Of a stretch of DNA of 46,688 nucleotides, positions 26,027 to 38,752 are shown piece after piece. This stretch comes from Octopus bimaculoides (lineage: Eukaryota). Position numbers and translations under genes: made by a program. The notes under the pieces were generated by a model. That model saw only the letters and a program-made list of their open reading frames with translations. It ran no database searches and was not told the DNA's origin. The stretch is taken from contig NC_068982.1 in the NCBI RefSeq assembly GCF_001194135.2, positions 146,372,507 through 146,419,194 on the forward strand. Reading direction: 5' to 3'. Position 1 is the first letter of the stretch. Each line of letters starts with the position of its first letter.

Positions 26027-27459
26027 TGTGTTACTTTCTTTGCAGTCTGTTACTCTTTAAAATTATTGCTGTGACGCTAATTACTTCACACCTTCTGGAA
26101 TTTATTGGAAAAATATTTGTTTGGGGCTACTGATAATATACCTCGGGTAATAGTAACTCTACTGTTAACAAGCGTGAAGTGCACTGGGAAGTTACGACTG
26201 CGTTGAGCACTTTAAGATAACTTTTCCTGCGACTGGGTTGTATCATTTTACAATCAATGATGAGATACACAGTTCTCGAAACAGAATGTAATATATCAAA
26301 ATACTTCCTTCAAGGTAAGAAAGATAACGCATACTTCCTTTCTCCCAGACATCTGTTGCCTACACTTAACGTGTATGTATGTATGTATGTATGTATGTAT
26401 GTATGTATGTATGTATGTATGTATGCATGTATGTATGTATGCATGTATGTGTGTATGTATGTATGTATATGTATGTATGTATATAACTTCAGAGGCTTTA
26501 TACCATAACATTAAATAGTATATTATATATATAATTATTTTTTATTATTTTCTAGAAAATGTCAAACTGAGACTAATTATCACGCATCTTGTGGTGTATA
26601 TATATATGTCTTTTTACTGAATACATGTACACGCATGTGTGAGTATATACTTTCTAAATGGTGACAGAAGTATATTTTAACAATAACTGTCATAACCTTT
26701 ATAAAACATAATTAATTGTCGAGTAAGTGAATAATTTTTTTTCATAGGAAATAATTGTCATAAGCGATGAATCAGAATCTCATATATATTTCTAATCACA
26801 TTGCATCGATTCAGCGTATGAGGAAATGTTTTGATAGTCCTATAATATTTCAGAAATTAGATATGAAGAATTTTTAAAATTCATTACTCTTTCCCGGTGC
26901 GGTCTTTTATTCTTTTATTTTTCTCAGAAGAGATATATTGAGTAAAGCTGAATGTTTAGCTTTATGAATATTCTAGAAGGACGTTATGATTTCCCTACGC
27001 TACGGTCGTAAATATTTTTAACACAGCGTGAAGATGACAGTTAAAGAGGCGTTCGTGTTTTATACTATAATCGCTTACAATCGCCACTAGAGATTATACT
27101 GAGTTTAATCTACTATTATTATAGATAATTAATATTAATAGCCCACATTCATTTTGATGGGAAAATGGGCTTTTAAAGAATTTCATATCATAATGATTGG
27201 TCTACCACGAATATTACTGAAAATTACATTTTATTTTTCATTCATGGCCTTTCCATTTTATTCTTTGCTCCATTATTATTCATAATATCTTCCACACACA
27301 ACCACGCATTGTTTCATATATTCCATTTAAACTTGTGCAATCGCAACAAAATATGTTACAAAGAAATATCCTTTTTTACTCTAGGCACACGAAAGTGTGG
27401 AGTAATTAGTGTCACAGCAATAATTTTAAAGAGTAACAGACTGCAAAGAAAGTAACACA
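26027..27459. repeat. Dispersed inverted repeat pair (69 bp, 26027-26095 and 27391-27459)
   Basis: TGTGTTACTTTCTTTGCAGTCTGTTACTCTTTAAAATTATTGCTGTGAC.CTAATTACT.CACAC.TTC is present in opposite orientations with 3 mismatches. No TSD was seen. Confidence 0.85.
26373..26482. repeat. (TATG)n microsatellite
   Basis: Direct reading of the sequence. Confidence 0.95.
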
Positions 27460-29397
27460 GTGATTGCAGTTGGAGAAAGTCATTCCTCACTTCAAAAAGC
27501 ATCAAGTACAAGCATCGCTTGGGTTTGAAAATCTCTCTTAACATCTCTATTACACGCTGTGTTTGACCAAAGCCGTGCATGATAAAACGTCCAATGAAAG
27601 ATTCATGATGGTATAAAGGAATGCCTCAATTTGAGCGATAAGCGCTGAAATTTCAGAATCGATAATCTCCAGAGAGCTATGTAAACACAATATCTACTGT
27701 TCTACATTTTATATATATTACAGTGTGTATTAAACACACTCGTATCATATTTTATTATCTCAATGACATTCTATGGCAGTAGTTTTAAATTCACGAGCTG
27801 ATAAATAAATTTATTTAAAGCGATTTCCAGGTAATGCCATTTGCTTCTTTAAAATATTTTATTAGTTTGAAAAGTTAAAAAATTCAAAAGTCGAATTACG
27901 TTTGTGAAGCAGTATCGTACAGTTGCTACTGTCACGTTTGCTGAAGCTGTCAGTCGAAGGAAACCATGAATCGAGCTTACAGAAAGTAACTTATTCCAAC
28001 ATTAACGATTCATAGGATTTCTTTACATGTGCACTCATACACGCACAAGCACATTTATCTGCATCTAGATATGAATGCATGTATGAGAATATATGTATGT
28101 ACACGTCGATATATTTCTGTGTTTGTGTATTTGCGTTTGCAATTGTCTATAACTCTACATGTATATGCATGTGTATTTCGCTGGAATTAATGATAATATT
28201 TGTATTTATCTCAGTACATGCATATTTTCAATCAAATCTTCCATGGCAAATCACAATCATGCCTAGGTACACATTTGGTACACCTTAGCTACAGGTATGA
28301 ATATCCATATTTTCTCTTTGCTAGATTTACTACTTTGTTATTATCATATATTACTGAGACTAATTGAGGATGAAAATACAGAATAACTTTGCACCTCTTT
28401 AAATGTTGCATTTCAGTAATCATCTCTTACTAAATTATGATTGTTAGACAGTCCACGAATGCATTAGAAGTGCTATGAAGCAATCTTTATCGTGGAATAT
28501 TGATTATCAGTCGAAATAATAAAATGCAAGATAGCAAGTACTATAAAATTATAGTGGGGAATGAATATTGCTGAATTAGATACAGCAGTTACGGAAATTA
28601 CTGCAGCATTAACAAAAGTTGATGTAACAGTCCTGATGGCGTATATTGGAAAGATAAATGCTGAAAATGCTTCATTTGGTTTCTTTGAAATGTGAAAAAC
28701 AAAAGAAAACTGAAATAAAAAAAGAATATTAGACATTAAATAAATTTTATATGAAATCAGTAACACATTATTCTGAGGCATAAAAAAGATTTAGGAGAAG
28801 ATATACATGTATATTCCAAAAATGTCCTATAATCATTTCTTTTTTTCTGGGAAAATGGAGTTTTAAGGACAGGAATGGACGAGATCAACCATAAAATGAA
28901 ATATATGTTATTTGTTCGGTCAGTTATGAATGAAGAGAACAGGGCGATGCACAGTATCTTTCTTCGAAGAGTAACGAATTTAGTAGCGTGCAAGACAATA
29001 GCGAGAGAGAAACCTATCACTTACCGCAAATATATGAATGACCAGTTCATATTTTAGGAACTACGGACAAATTCAAATAGAATATAATGAATTATAATTT
29101 AGACATACGATATTTAATATATTCTTAGAAATATTGAAAGGAATTGACATTATATTGAAACTGATATACGACTGAAAACACATCATAATGTAGAACATTG
29201 AAAAGTCATAGATTTCAATTATTATTGTTATAGTTGTTTAAGATTGACCCCAGGTCATCTCCAATGAATAATGTCTAGAATTAAAGCATTTCAGTTTATC
29301 TGGGACATTATTATCCATTTCCCCTTTTAAGAGTGCTAGATGTCTCTAGAGGTGAATATGGCGTTTCCTTCGGACAGCACAAACAATCACGCTGATT

Positions 29398-29411
29398 CTC
29401 TCTCCCTCTCA

Positions 29412-29472
<61 letters not shown>
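29398..29472. repeat. (CT)n microsatellite
   Basis: Direct reading of the sequence. Confidence 0.95.
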
Positions 29473-29474
<2 letters not shown>

Positions 29475-29693
29475 TTTGTGTCAGTGTGTTTCTGTGTGAT
29501 TATGACGGTCTGGCACTCCCTCTCTTTAATTGCCTCAAAACTCATTGAAGATTGGGACTATTAATATAAATGCAAGCACTAAACAATGTTGGCTGTTAAT
29601 GAAAGACGTATAATGAAGCAGTTCAGTTTCTGATAAACAAAGCCAATAAAATAAACGGGAGCTGTCTATAATCCGAGATGCAAATTTTGCTAG

Positions 29694-29780
29694 ATCATTA
29701 GAATAATGGTGTGGACAAAAATTTCTGACAATGCCATCAAAGCTGGGATAAAATCTATATCTACGTACCTAAAACTCAAC
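29694..29780 (+). CDS. Candidate internal exon, unknown protein (IIRIMVWTKISDNAIKAGIKSISTYLKLN)
   Basis: Acceptor TTTTGCTAG|, donor AAC|GTAAGT, 87 nt, only one open frame. No homology was recognised. Confidence 0.22.
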
Positions 29781-30444
29781 GTAAGTGATTCAACGCGACT
29801 TCCAGATGATGACTTAATTCTTTCAGCGAAACAATTAATCAGCAAAGTAAAAACAGACAATTGTGTCACTGGGGATAGATACATAACTACATTGTGTTTC
29901 TATAAACAAAATGGAAAATTAAAGGATTAACATCCACATATATGTAGTTATAAAACTTAGGTAGAAAATCATAAACTCATATATCTCAATTTCATTGTTC
30001 TTATTCTACTTCTGCTTCTCGATCATTTGGATGTAAGCAGACGTTCATGTATCCTGCTTTATGACCTCGGAAGGGACCATATATTTTCCTGTGATTCTTA
30101 ATTGCATCTATAATTAATTATAAAGGCAGTTCAATTTGTTTATTCTATTTGTAAATTCTGTATTTGCACATTTTATATAGATAATAGTTGATGCATCGTA
30201 CAGTATCACATTCTATCAGAAAAGAAAAAGTTAAATACTAATATAGATTTCAAGGAACAGCATCATGTTTATGATTGGTTGCTGATAACAGGAAGACACA
30301 CCATTACTTTCCTTCAAGAATACTATTTTTATATATGTTGTTGTACTTGGGGATGGTCATATTGCCAGTTTAGCCAATAAAAACACACGCACTGTATATT
30401 TGGTGTTAATTTGCTTCAGCTTTATATTACATTAATCCTATTTC

Positions 30445-30489
30445 GGCCAGAGTTCTTTCCTCACACTTCTGTAACCTCATCAGTGGTCC
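30445..30489 (-). ncRNA. Minimal type I hammerhead-ribozyme-like motif, copy 1 (stem II damaged)
   Basis: The minus strand reads GGACCA-CUGAUGA-G-GUUACA-GAAG-UGUGAG-GAAA-GAAC-UC-UGGCC. The core is intact, but the closing pair of stem II is G.G. Confidence 0.5.
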
Positions 30490-30809
30490 TTTGCTTTCTT
30501 CTTTCTTATGTGTGTCTCACCTTGCTAACTATCAGCCATTTTGTATTTTGTATTCCTATTGTATGTGTCTACGCATGCGTATCCTTCAATGTGCCTATGT
30601 TTTTGTAAGTGCATGTGTGTGTATGGGGAGTGCTTGTATTATCTATATCCTCTGTTAATACATGNNNNNNNNNNATACACACACATGCACTTACAAAAAC
30701 ATAGGCACATTGAAGGATACGCATGCGTAGACACATACAATAGGAATACGAAATACAAAATGGCTGATAGTTAGCAAGGTGAGACACACATAAGAAAGAA
30801 GAAAGCAAA

Positions 30810-30854
30810 GGACCACTGATTAGGTCACAGAAGTGTGACGAAAGAACTCTGGCC
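30810..30854 (+). ncRNA. Minimal type I hammerhead-ribozyme-like motif, copy 2 (core G8>U)
   Basis: The plus strand reads GGACCA-CUGAUUA-G-GUCACA-GAAG-UGUGAC-GAAA-GAAC-UC-UGGCC. Stem II is a perfect 6 bp, but the core has CUGAUUA instead of CUGAUGA. Confidence 0.5.
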
Positions 30855-31103
30855 GAAATAGGATTAATGTAATATAAAGCTGAAGCAAATCAACACCAAA
30901 TATACAGTGCGTGTGTTTTTATTGGCTAAACTGGCACTATGACCATCCCCAAGTACAACAACATCTGTTTCAACACACGATTGCACATCAAAAATCTTGC
31001 AAAACAAATATTTTTATATAAATCTTTATGAAATAAAAATATATTTTATTCAACCGGTATTCATTAACAGTATTCAATCTCAATCAATATATACGGCATA
31101 AAT

Positions 31104-31280
31104 AAGGTGGCGAGGTAGCAGAATCGTTACTCTGGAATAAAATATCTAGCGGCATGTCGTCCGCTTCCGAGTCCCAATTCCGACGAGGTTGCTTTTGCCT
31201 TTCATTCTTTTGAGCACTGGGGTCGATGTAATCGACTTAACCCCCTCCACTTGGTGGCCTTATGCCAAAATTTTAAACCA
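31104..31280 (+). mobile_element. SINE (family A), internally deleted
   Basis: AAGGTGGCGAGGTAGCAGAATCGTTA...GAGTCCCAATTCCGACGAGGTTG..TTTGCCTTTCATTC...CACTGGGGTCGATGTAATCGACT...GGCCTTATGCCAAAATTTTAAACCAAT. Confidence 0.8.
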
Positions 31281-32041
31281 ATATATGAGACATCATTAAT
31301 CTGGTGAAAGTTCTATCGCAATTTGTAACACATCGTTATCAAATGGAAAGCTTAGGGTAGTATCTTATCTGGGTGGATTTTTGGAACATTTAACTTTGCT
31401 TTTCATGGGTATTCCCACTTTAGATTTGATTTCTTCAACCATATAACTAAATAAATGGTTTTATAAAAAATATTTCGTTGCATCGATTTATATAACTTCT
31501 TTAAAATTTCTGTATTGCGGAGTTAACATTCGGAAAAAAAGAAACTATATATTTTTTTTTTTTTATTCAATCTGCCGACATAAGACGCATAATTTTAAAT
31601 AGAGATGCAGTCTTCATAAAATTCAAGAATAATCGGGCAGAATGATTATTTTGTAATATAAGTAGAGCGTATGTGTATATATATATATGTGTGTGTGAGA
31701 GTGTGTGTGCGTGTGCGTGTGCGTGTGTTGGAGGGCGCAGGTGTGTGTTTTCCTGTAGACATTCAATGAGAATTTTGGATAACTTTCAACAAAATGATGC
31801 CGAGGATCATTTCGGAGATATCACTGAAATTGATTGTACATAATTGTACATATAATCTATAAATCTTGACCTTCCCCTCAGCAATGTGTCACTTCAAAAT
31901 ATATTTTTTGCATTATTTTAATAAGTGCCATTCACAAAGGAAATTTAGCAATATTTTGGAAAGCTGCAACAAATATTTATCTTAAAGTGGAGAATTTATG
32001 ATTACAATTTCTTCTTGTGTTTTTCTTTTGATTGAATTTAG

Positions 32042-32178
32042 CCAAGCATTACGAAGCAATCAGTGCGCATACATCTTTGTCCAAGGCTCTGAAAACCACT
32101 GAGGCTTACAATGGAGAAGTTGTATTAAATAATGCATTTGGTATCGCAGAAACAACACAGTTTGAATCTCTGGAGTAA
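32042..32178 (+). CDS. Candidate terminal exon, unknown protein (xKHYEAISAHTSLSKALKTTEAYNGEVVLNNAFGIAETTQFESLE*)
   Basis: Strong pyrimidine tract TTCTTCTTGTGTTTTTCTTTTG..TTTAG|, 44 open codons to TAA, balanced composition. An overlapping minus-strand frame is also open, so this is ambiguous. Confidence 0.25.
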
Positions 32179-32704
32179 TCGAAGAACACAACTACTCTTC
32201 TGTAACAGCCGACTTACAAAGCTAAATTCTCTGTGATTAAGGAGTAATTTCATTTTCTTACAACGACATTCTCTGGCAGTTATATATGATAGCATCAAAA
32301 CAATTCCTATATATTTTATCTCAGATCCATTTCTTCAACGATTACTTTCTCTGCCATTATTATGATAGAAATCATGGCCGCCATCACTTGTATCACGTCA
32401 CCAAGGATAATACAGCAATCCTGATTCAATTATTGAAGGATTACCTTTCTTCCTCTGATTTCTTAAGTGCAATTCTAGTTTCCTTCATATGACTTACCGT
32501 CTTCCTCTTACCAATGTATTCCACATAATGAGCCACTAAAATATCTAATATGCAGCATTTCATAGTCACATATTTTTTTATATTTCATAAATTAAAATTA
32601 TTAAAACTAGTTTACTTAAAAGATTAGATAGTAATTCCTTTTTTTTTTCCCACAACATTGAGCGCTCTTTTACTGTGCAATACACTAGAGAAAACATCAC
32701 TGTG

Positions 32705-32945
32705 TACTTATATGTATATGTGTGTATATGTATGTATGTTTGTATGTATATAAGTGTGGGTGTATGTATGTATGTATGTATGTATGTATGTATGTGTGTG
32801 TGTGTAGAGAGAGAGAGACAGAAAGATAGACAGAGAGAGAGACAGATAGAAAGAGAGAGAGACAGATAGACAGAGAGAGAGACAGATAGACAGAGAGAGA
32901 GAGACAGATAAACACAGAGAGAGACACAAAGAGAGAGAGAGAGAG
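32705..32945. repeat. Compound microsatellite (TATG)n-(TG)n-(AG/AGAC)n
   Basis: Direct reading of the sequence. Confidence 0.95.
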
Positions 32946-33080
32946 AATGTTATCTTATTCCACACAAGTAGAAATATAGAAAAAAATGAAGGTAAAAAGG
33001 CACAACGATTCGTTTAGATTTTTTTATTTTAAAATTTTTAAAGAGATTACCAGATTTCTCAGATTCACAGATTTACCAGA

Positions 33081-33225
33081 TTCACAGATTTATCAGAATT
33101 TCAAAAGTAAAGATAGAAAGACGTGGAGCTATTCCGCAACTGAGTTGCTTCTCAGAAGAGAAGGAGTTACAAATTAACTCTACGTTTTTCTATCTCAATT
33201 CTTGAAAACCTGATAAATCTGTGAA
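33081..33225. repeat. Small imperfect inverted repeat (48-bp arms), MITE-like remnant
   Basis: 33081-33128 against the reverse complement of 33178-33225 shows about 8 mismatches; the outer 16 bp are perfect. Confidence 0.7.
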
Positions 33226-33629
33226 ACCAGTATATTATTTAAAAGTTCAAGAATAATGAAGCTAAATGTATCCCTGTGCATTTTCAACTTCATTTCTTTT
33301 CTATATTTTTGCCCTGTAGGATAAAATAGCTTTGTTGTATATATATATATATNNNNNNNNNNNNNNNNNNNNNNNNNNNNNNNNNNNNNNNNNNNNNNNN
33401 NNNNNNNNNNNNNNNNNNNNNNNNNNNNNNNNNNNNNNNNNNNNNNNNNNNNNNNNNNNNNNNNNNNNNNNNNNNNNNNNNNNNNNNNNNNNNNNNNNNN
33501 NNNNNNNNNNNNNNNNNNNNNNNNNNNNNNNNNNNNNNNNNNNNNNNNNNNNNNNNNNNNNNNNNNNNNNNNNNGCACAGACATATAATCAGAATAGCTG
33601 GTTGAAGTTTGTTTTCCATGGGTTCGCAA

Positions 33630-33632
<3 letters not shown>

Positions 33633-33684
<52 letters not shown>

Positions 33685-33709
33685 GTGTGCGCGCCGCGTG
33701 CGTGTGTGT
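33633..33709. repeat. (AT)n-(GT/GC) microsatellite
   Basis: Direct reading of the sequence. Confidence 0.9.
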
Positions 33710-34528
33710 TAATTTGTTCTGAAATATCTTATAATAATTATTATGTCACATATTTAATTTTGTCTTTGGACAATCGCTTTCAAATAATTTTCTGCTTTAT
33801 ATTTCCGCGAACTTTCTAGCGTGTTTCATTTGAAATACCATCCATATTTATTTTAAACACGATGGCTAACAGATGTGGATGACATGTCATACTACTGTGT
33901 TAACATAATCGTTCGATTTATGTATCCATTCTATCTAAAGGGGCTTGAAAGCGTAGATTTTGAAAAAAAATATTTGCAATTAACGCAGAAGACGGCAATG
34001 TTGAAAGCTGAAATGACTTTAAATCTGAAAACGGAGATTTATCTCTACTTTCAAGTTTTTGTGCTTTATAATTTCGCAATTTCAGAAGTTCTGATGTATA
34101 TTGTTAACATTGTGACACGTTTTTTTTTTTCGTAAAACACCTTATCAGTGGTCAAAGAGTAAGCAATAGATGACATTTCAATATAATTTACTGTTCCTTT
34201 TTAAATCTTGTAATTGATTACTGACGTATTTTCAGAGTGGTACGTTGTGAATGTAAATGTAAGAATTGTTTCGATTCAGTAAATCTAAAGTGGAAGTTCT
34301 CCTTCTTTTTTTTATTATATATATAATTCTTTTATATTTCCTTGTTTCAGTGCAGAATTGTAGTTTCGTTCGAAACGTAGATAAACAGGAAATATTATTT
34401 TCTTCCAAATGTACACAACCTTCCTAAAATTTATGAAGATTATTGAATAAATAAAGGAAAATAAAGATAGAAACTTCCTAAATCTATTGCTGTGCCGAGT
34501 GACATGCCGTGAAAAAATACTGTATTTG

Positions 34529-34610
34529 ATGAAATTCGTGCTTCCAAAGTTGCTGCTGTTAACTCTATTTGACATGTACGAACGAATCATGAGATTCCCA
34601 GAGTGTACAG
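34529..34610 (+). CDS. Candidate first coding exon with hydrophobic N-terminus (MKFVLPKLLLLTLFDMYERIMRFPECT-G)
   Basis: ATG at 34529, 27 codons plus 1 nt, donor CAG|GTAACC (phase 1). The resemblance to a signal peptide is weak. Confidence 0.15.
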
Positions 34611-34789
34611 GTAACCAAAAATAAATACAAATAACTTTAAGTGAAACATGAAATAAAACGGAAAGAAAAGTTTACGTAATACTATTAATAGAAAAGTAGT
34701 ATCAATATTATGTTTTCATTCATATCAGGATTTATGTGTGCGCGCTTTAATACACTAACAAGCAGAAAAAAAAACGCACACATATGCAT

Positions 34790-34852
34790 ACGAATACATG
34801 CATACATACGTACATACATGCATATACATATACATATATACGTGTGTATTTA

Positions 34853-34946
<94 letters not shown>

Positions 34947-34990
34947 CAGACAGACAGATAGATACATACATACATACATACATACATACA
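34790..34990. repeat. Compound microsatellite (CATA)n-(TA)n-(GA)n-(GACA)n-(TACA)n
   Basis: Direct reading of the sequence. Confidence 0.95.
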
Positions 34991-37900
34991 CGCATACAAA
35001 GACAGGTTCATTTGTATAGCTATGTATGGGGTAAATTAATAAATGAAATTTAATATTGAAAATAAAACTTGGCTATAATAAAATTTAGTTATTTCTATCA
35101 ATCATAGAGTTGCATAATATATTTTTGAAGAAGAGCTACAATTAACAAAACAAAAAAATTATCACTAAATCTCAAACGGTGTATTTAGTAAGCAATTTCA
35201 ATGAAACATATTTTACAAAATTTTCATAAATCTGTGGAGTTTTGGAAACGAAATCTATCCCAATGAAATTTGAAATCCTTTCAAAGGTGAGGAGAGTTAT
35301 ATTTGAATCCTTTTGGATCAAACAAAAATATTAAAAGCTAGTAGTGATTGAATCATAGAAGGATTATAATATTACATGATGCATAATATATTTCAATTAG
35401 ATATATCAAATTTATTGAATAGAGGATTAGAAAATGGCGATAATGGACAAAACATAATACAGAATTCTAACTAGACAATATAATGCATACAGATTTCGTA
35501 AAACACTTATCAATACTAACAACAAATAAATAGAACAACATAGCAAAGACTGAAATCTACACTATACAGTCGGAATTAGAAACTGATTCACTACACCTGT
35601 ACATATACAGTATATTAGTGCTAAAATCTGTAATATTCTAGCAAGAACATAGAATATTGAATCTGTTGCAAGAAATCGTACATATTTAATCATTCCGTCT
35701 AGTTTGGGACGTGATAAACTGTAACACCAGCTATTATTCGATTTTGCGTCAAATCCATTCCCACATAAGTATGTAGTTTATATTAAGGATTAAGAAAACA
35801 AATCACATGCCATATACCGATTCTAAAACAATATATATCTGATAGCGTCCGCGTGTATCACTATAAGAATTGATAAAGAAGACACTAGAACCCAGCTCGT
35901 AGAACAAATTCTTATCCTGCAAAATTAAGTTAATTTTTATTGAGTAATATATTCGAAATATTATCAAAGTTGAACTATCTATTTACTCACAACATTGAAA
36001 TGATTATTTGTGCAGAATGAGGAGTATGAGTAATGATCATTTCAAAAAGAGACACAAGCTTTAGGATTATCTGAAGCACAATCCTTGATGTATTTGATCC
36101 TTATTTTATCAAACGCCGAACGTTGAAAGCCGACAATAGTAATATTTTGTGGTTTAAATAGTAAATACTGCAATAATATGGCTATTCGCTATACATTTTC
36201 TTATCAGTCATCACCCTGCAATATTTGCTTTAGACTTCGATGGCAAAATTTTGCTGAAACGCTATATAAGGTGCATAAGGAATTTTCCATTACTGACTAA
36301 GTAAATGCAGATGTTGCCGTGTCTCAATAGATAAAAGTTGGTGGAATTTCATGTATGTATGACTGGATATTTTTTGCTTTATCCACTGAAAATATTCACT
36401 TCTTTTGTATTACTACCGAGGCCCCCTTTGTCGAATTCTTTTTTAATATAATTCTTTTCATGTAAAATTTAATTGTTGTTCCCCATAGGATATTTTTTGT
36501 GATTTTACGAGCAAGTGTGAAAATATGAAGATAGGGGTGGTACATTTTTCCCTGGACGGCTGTTATTTTACTATTAATTCGAGGAATTAGTTGACATAAA
36601 AAGATCAAAATTTGTTTTCTACACGAAACCTTGCTTCAAGTCCGAATTGGATCTTTGAGTCATAATCTATATGTTTAATTATTTTTTCATATTACTACAT
36701 GGTAGCACATATCATAATGGACTCCTCTAAAGCAGATTTCACAGTTTTACGATAATGAAAAATAACACGAAGGAAATTGTTTATAATTCATTCAGGTCGG
36801 TGACAATGTATACACACACACGCGCATATACGTGTGTGTGTACAGAAACGTCGTAATACTGTTTGTTACTTGTAATAGAAGTTGCACAAAATTCTATAAA
36901 TCGATACATATTTTAGTTTATTTCTAATGTTTTTGACAATGTTAGAAATAAAGATGTTTCTAAGTACATAGCTATTGTGCCATGCAGTCATAAATTCAGG
37001 AATCGTTAATTCAAATCATTTTAAAATAACATAGTTTCAAAATTCTCTGGTGAAATATCAGAAACGCAAGCTAAATAAAGCTACCGAGAATCTTGCTAAA
37101 GAATTTTCTTTCGAATACCAGTTGTTCATGATTGGTACTCTCCATAAACCTGATCTAGTTCCGTAATTACTTCTATGCTTTAAATTTCTCATTGGATATA
37201 TCTATTCTTCCAAAATTCTGTTTTTACGCCACTTCTTTAACCAATATTCTTTTCTAACGGTAGATCACATGTTTATGTGGAACGCACTTCTTGATTGGTA
37301 ATTTTTATTCATCTCAGAAAAAAAACTTAATAAAAAAAATGATCGTTGTAGTTTTTTAACTCAAATTTTCCCTTCTTCGTTTGTTCAAATACAATAGAAT
37401 ACAATGCATAGCAATTTATTAAACATTATGACAACATGCTTAAGGAGGATAGGCTAGTCCATGAAATAGACTTGGCTGATACTTTATTTTATCGACCATG
37501 TAGAGATTAAAGACAAAGCTGATCTAATCGAGATATAAGCAGAGAAGGTAATACAGTACATAGAATATAGCATAGATTCATTTTTAACACGCGGCTCGAC
37601 TAGTAAGAGGAAAGTCGCATGAAGATTCACACGTTTTGGTAAAATGCTCACTTGGAAAATAGTCATTTTTTTTTCGCTTTGAAATAAAATGTTCAAATAC
37701 TATACGAAAAAGAAATGGTCTTTTCAGCATGATAGAGATTATAAATGAATATAATATGAATATAATATGAAGAGAGAAGAAAGTAATTGAAATTACATGA
37801 TGCAGACTAAATCACAAACAAAACAGCAAATCAATATAAATATTCTTCATACTTGTCTATTTCTTTTAATAAATTTATATAAGAAAAATTTGGACATTGG

Positions 37901-38752
37901 AGAGTAAAATAATGTAAGAAAGTAAAACGGTTATGAACAAAATACACCTTGAATTGTGCATAAAAAAAGAATGAAAAGCTAAACATTGATATATCAAATA
38001 TTATGAATGTTTCTAGTCTTTTGTGACAACCTGTTCAAGTAATAGTTTTTTTTTTTTTTGTTATTCAATATTATTTTGTTGTAAATTTTATCGTTTTTCA
38101 TTTTATGTGTACATTCTAACATCAAACAGACGTTTTATTTTATTTTGTACCATTGACGTTGTTCCTATACACCGAAGTTTATTTTGGAAAAGTAAACATA
38201 TTTGATGATGATGATTTGCATTTATTCCTATTTTCTTATAGATTATTTCTGATTTTATCAAAAGTTTAGTGATCTCATAAACTATGTGAGAAATCTAGAA
38301 GTATGTCCTCTGGCGAATGCAAGATATAAGAGCTGGACTTTAGGTTCTATTGAAAAGTTGTTTTCAATTCATCCCTTAAGAATATAGAAGAAGAACGGTG
38401 ATCCTGAATGATGGTCAAGTGTTTGTATTCTATAAAAAAAATTCTGTTTTGGTCATTATATCTGCTCGAAATTCTTAATGCAGATATAATCTCTAACGTG
38501 AATATATCGTATGGAATTTCTGTTTCTGTTATGTGAGAAATATTTTATTGTTGAACAATGCTACCTCTATAAAGCAAACATGGATATTGCATTATTCTTG
38601 TTGCTAATTTTCATTTACTAGTTATTCACTGAACGCTGTGTGTCTGTTGCTCGGTAATTATTAATATATCTGGCATGGATTTATCAATCCCGAAGAAACT
38701 TATCTAATATTATGGCGCAGAAAACGTCAGGACAATAAATTTCCTTGTACAG

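Larger units (their letters stand above)
30335..30964. mobile_element. Foldback element: two inverted 290-bp arms, probably Penelope-like pLTR-derived
   Basis: 30335-30624 against the reverse complement of 30675-30964 shows 6 substitutions in 290 bp. The 50-nt spacer includes 10 N. Each arm carries a hammerhead-like motif. Confidence 0.85.

Noticed and set aside
28561-28695. 44-codon ORF MNIAELDTAVTEITAALTKVDVTVLMAYIGKINAENASFGFFEM
   Set aside because: Protein-like but short, with weak splice signals, an equally open antisense frame and no recognised homology.
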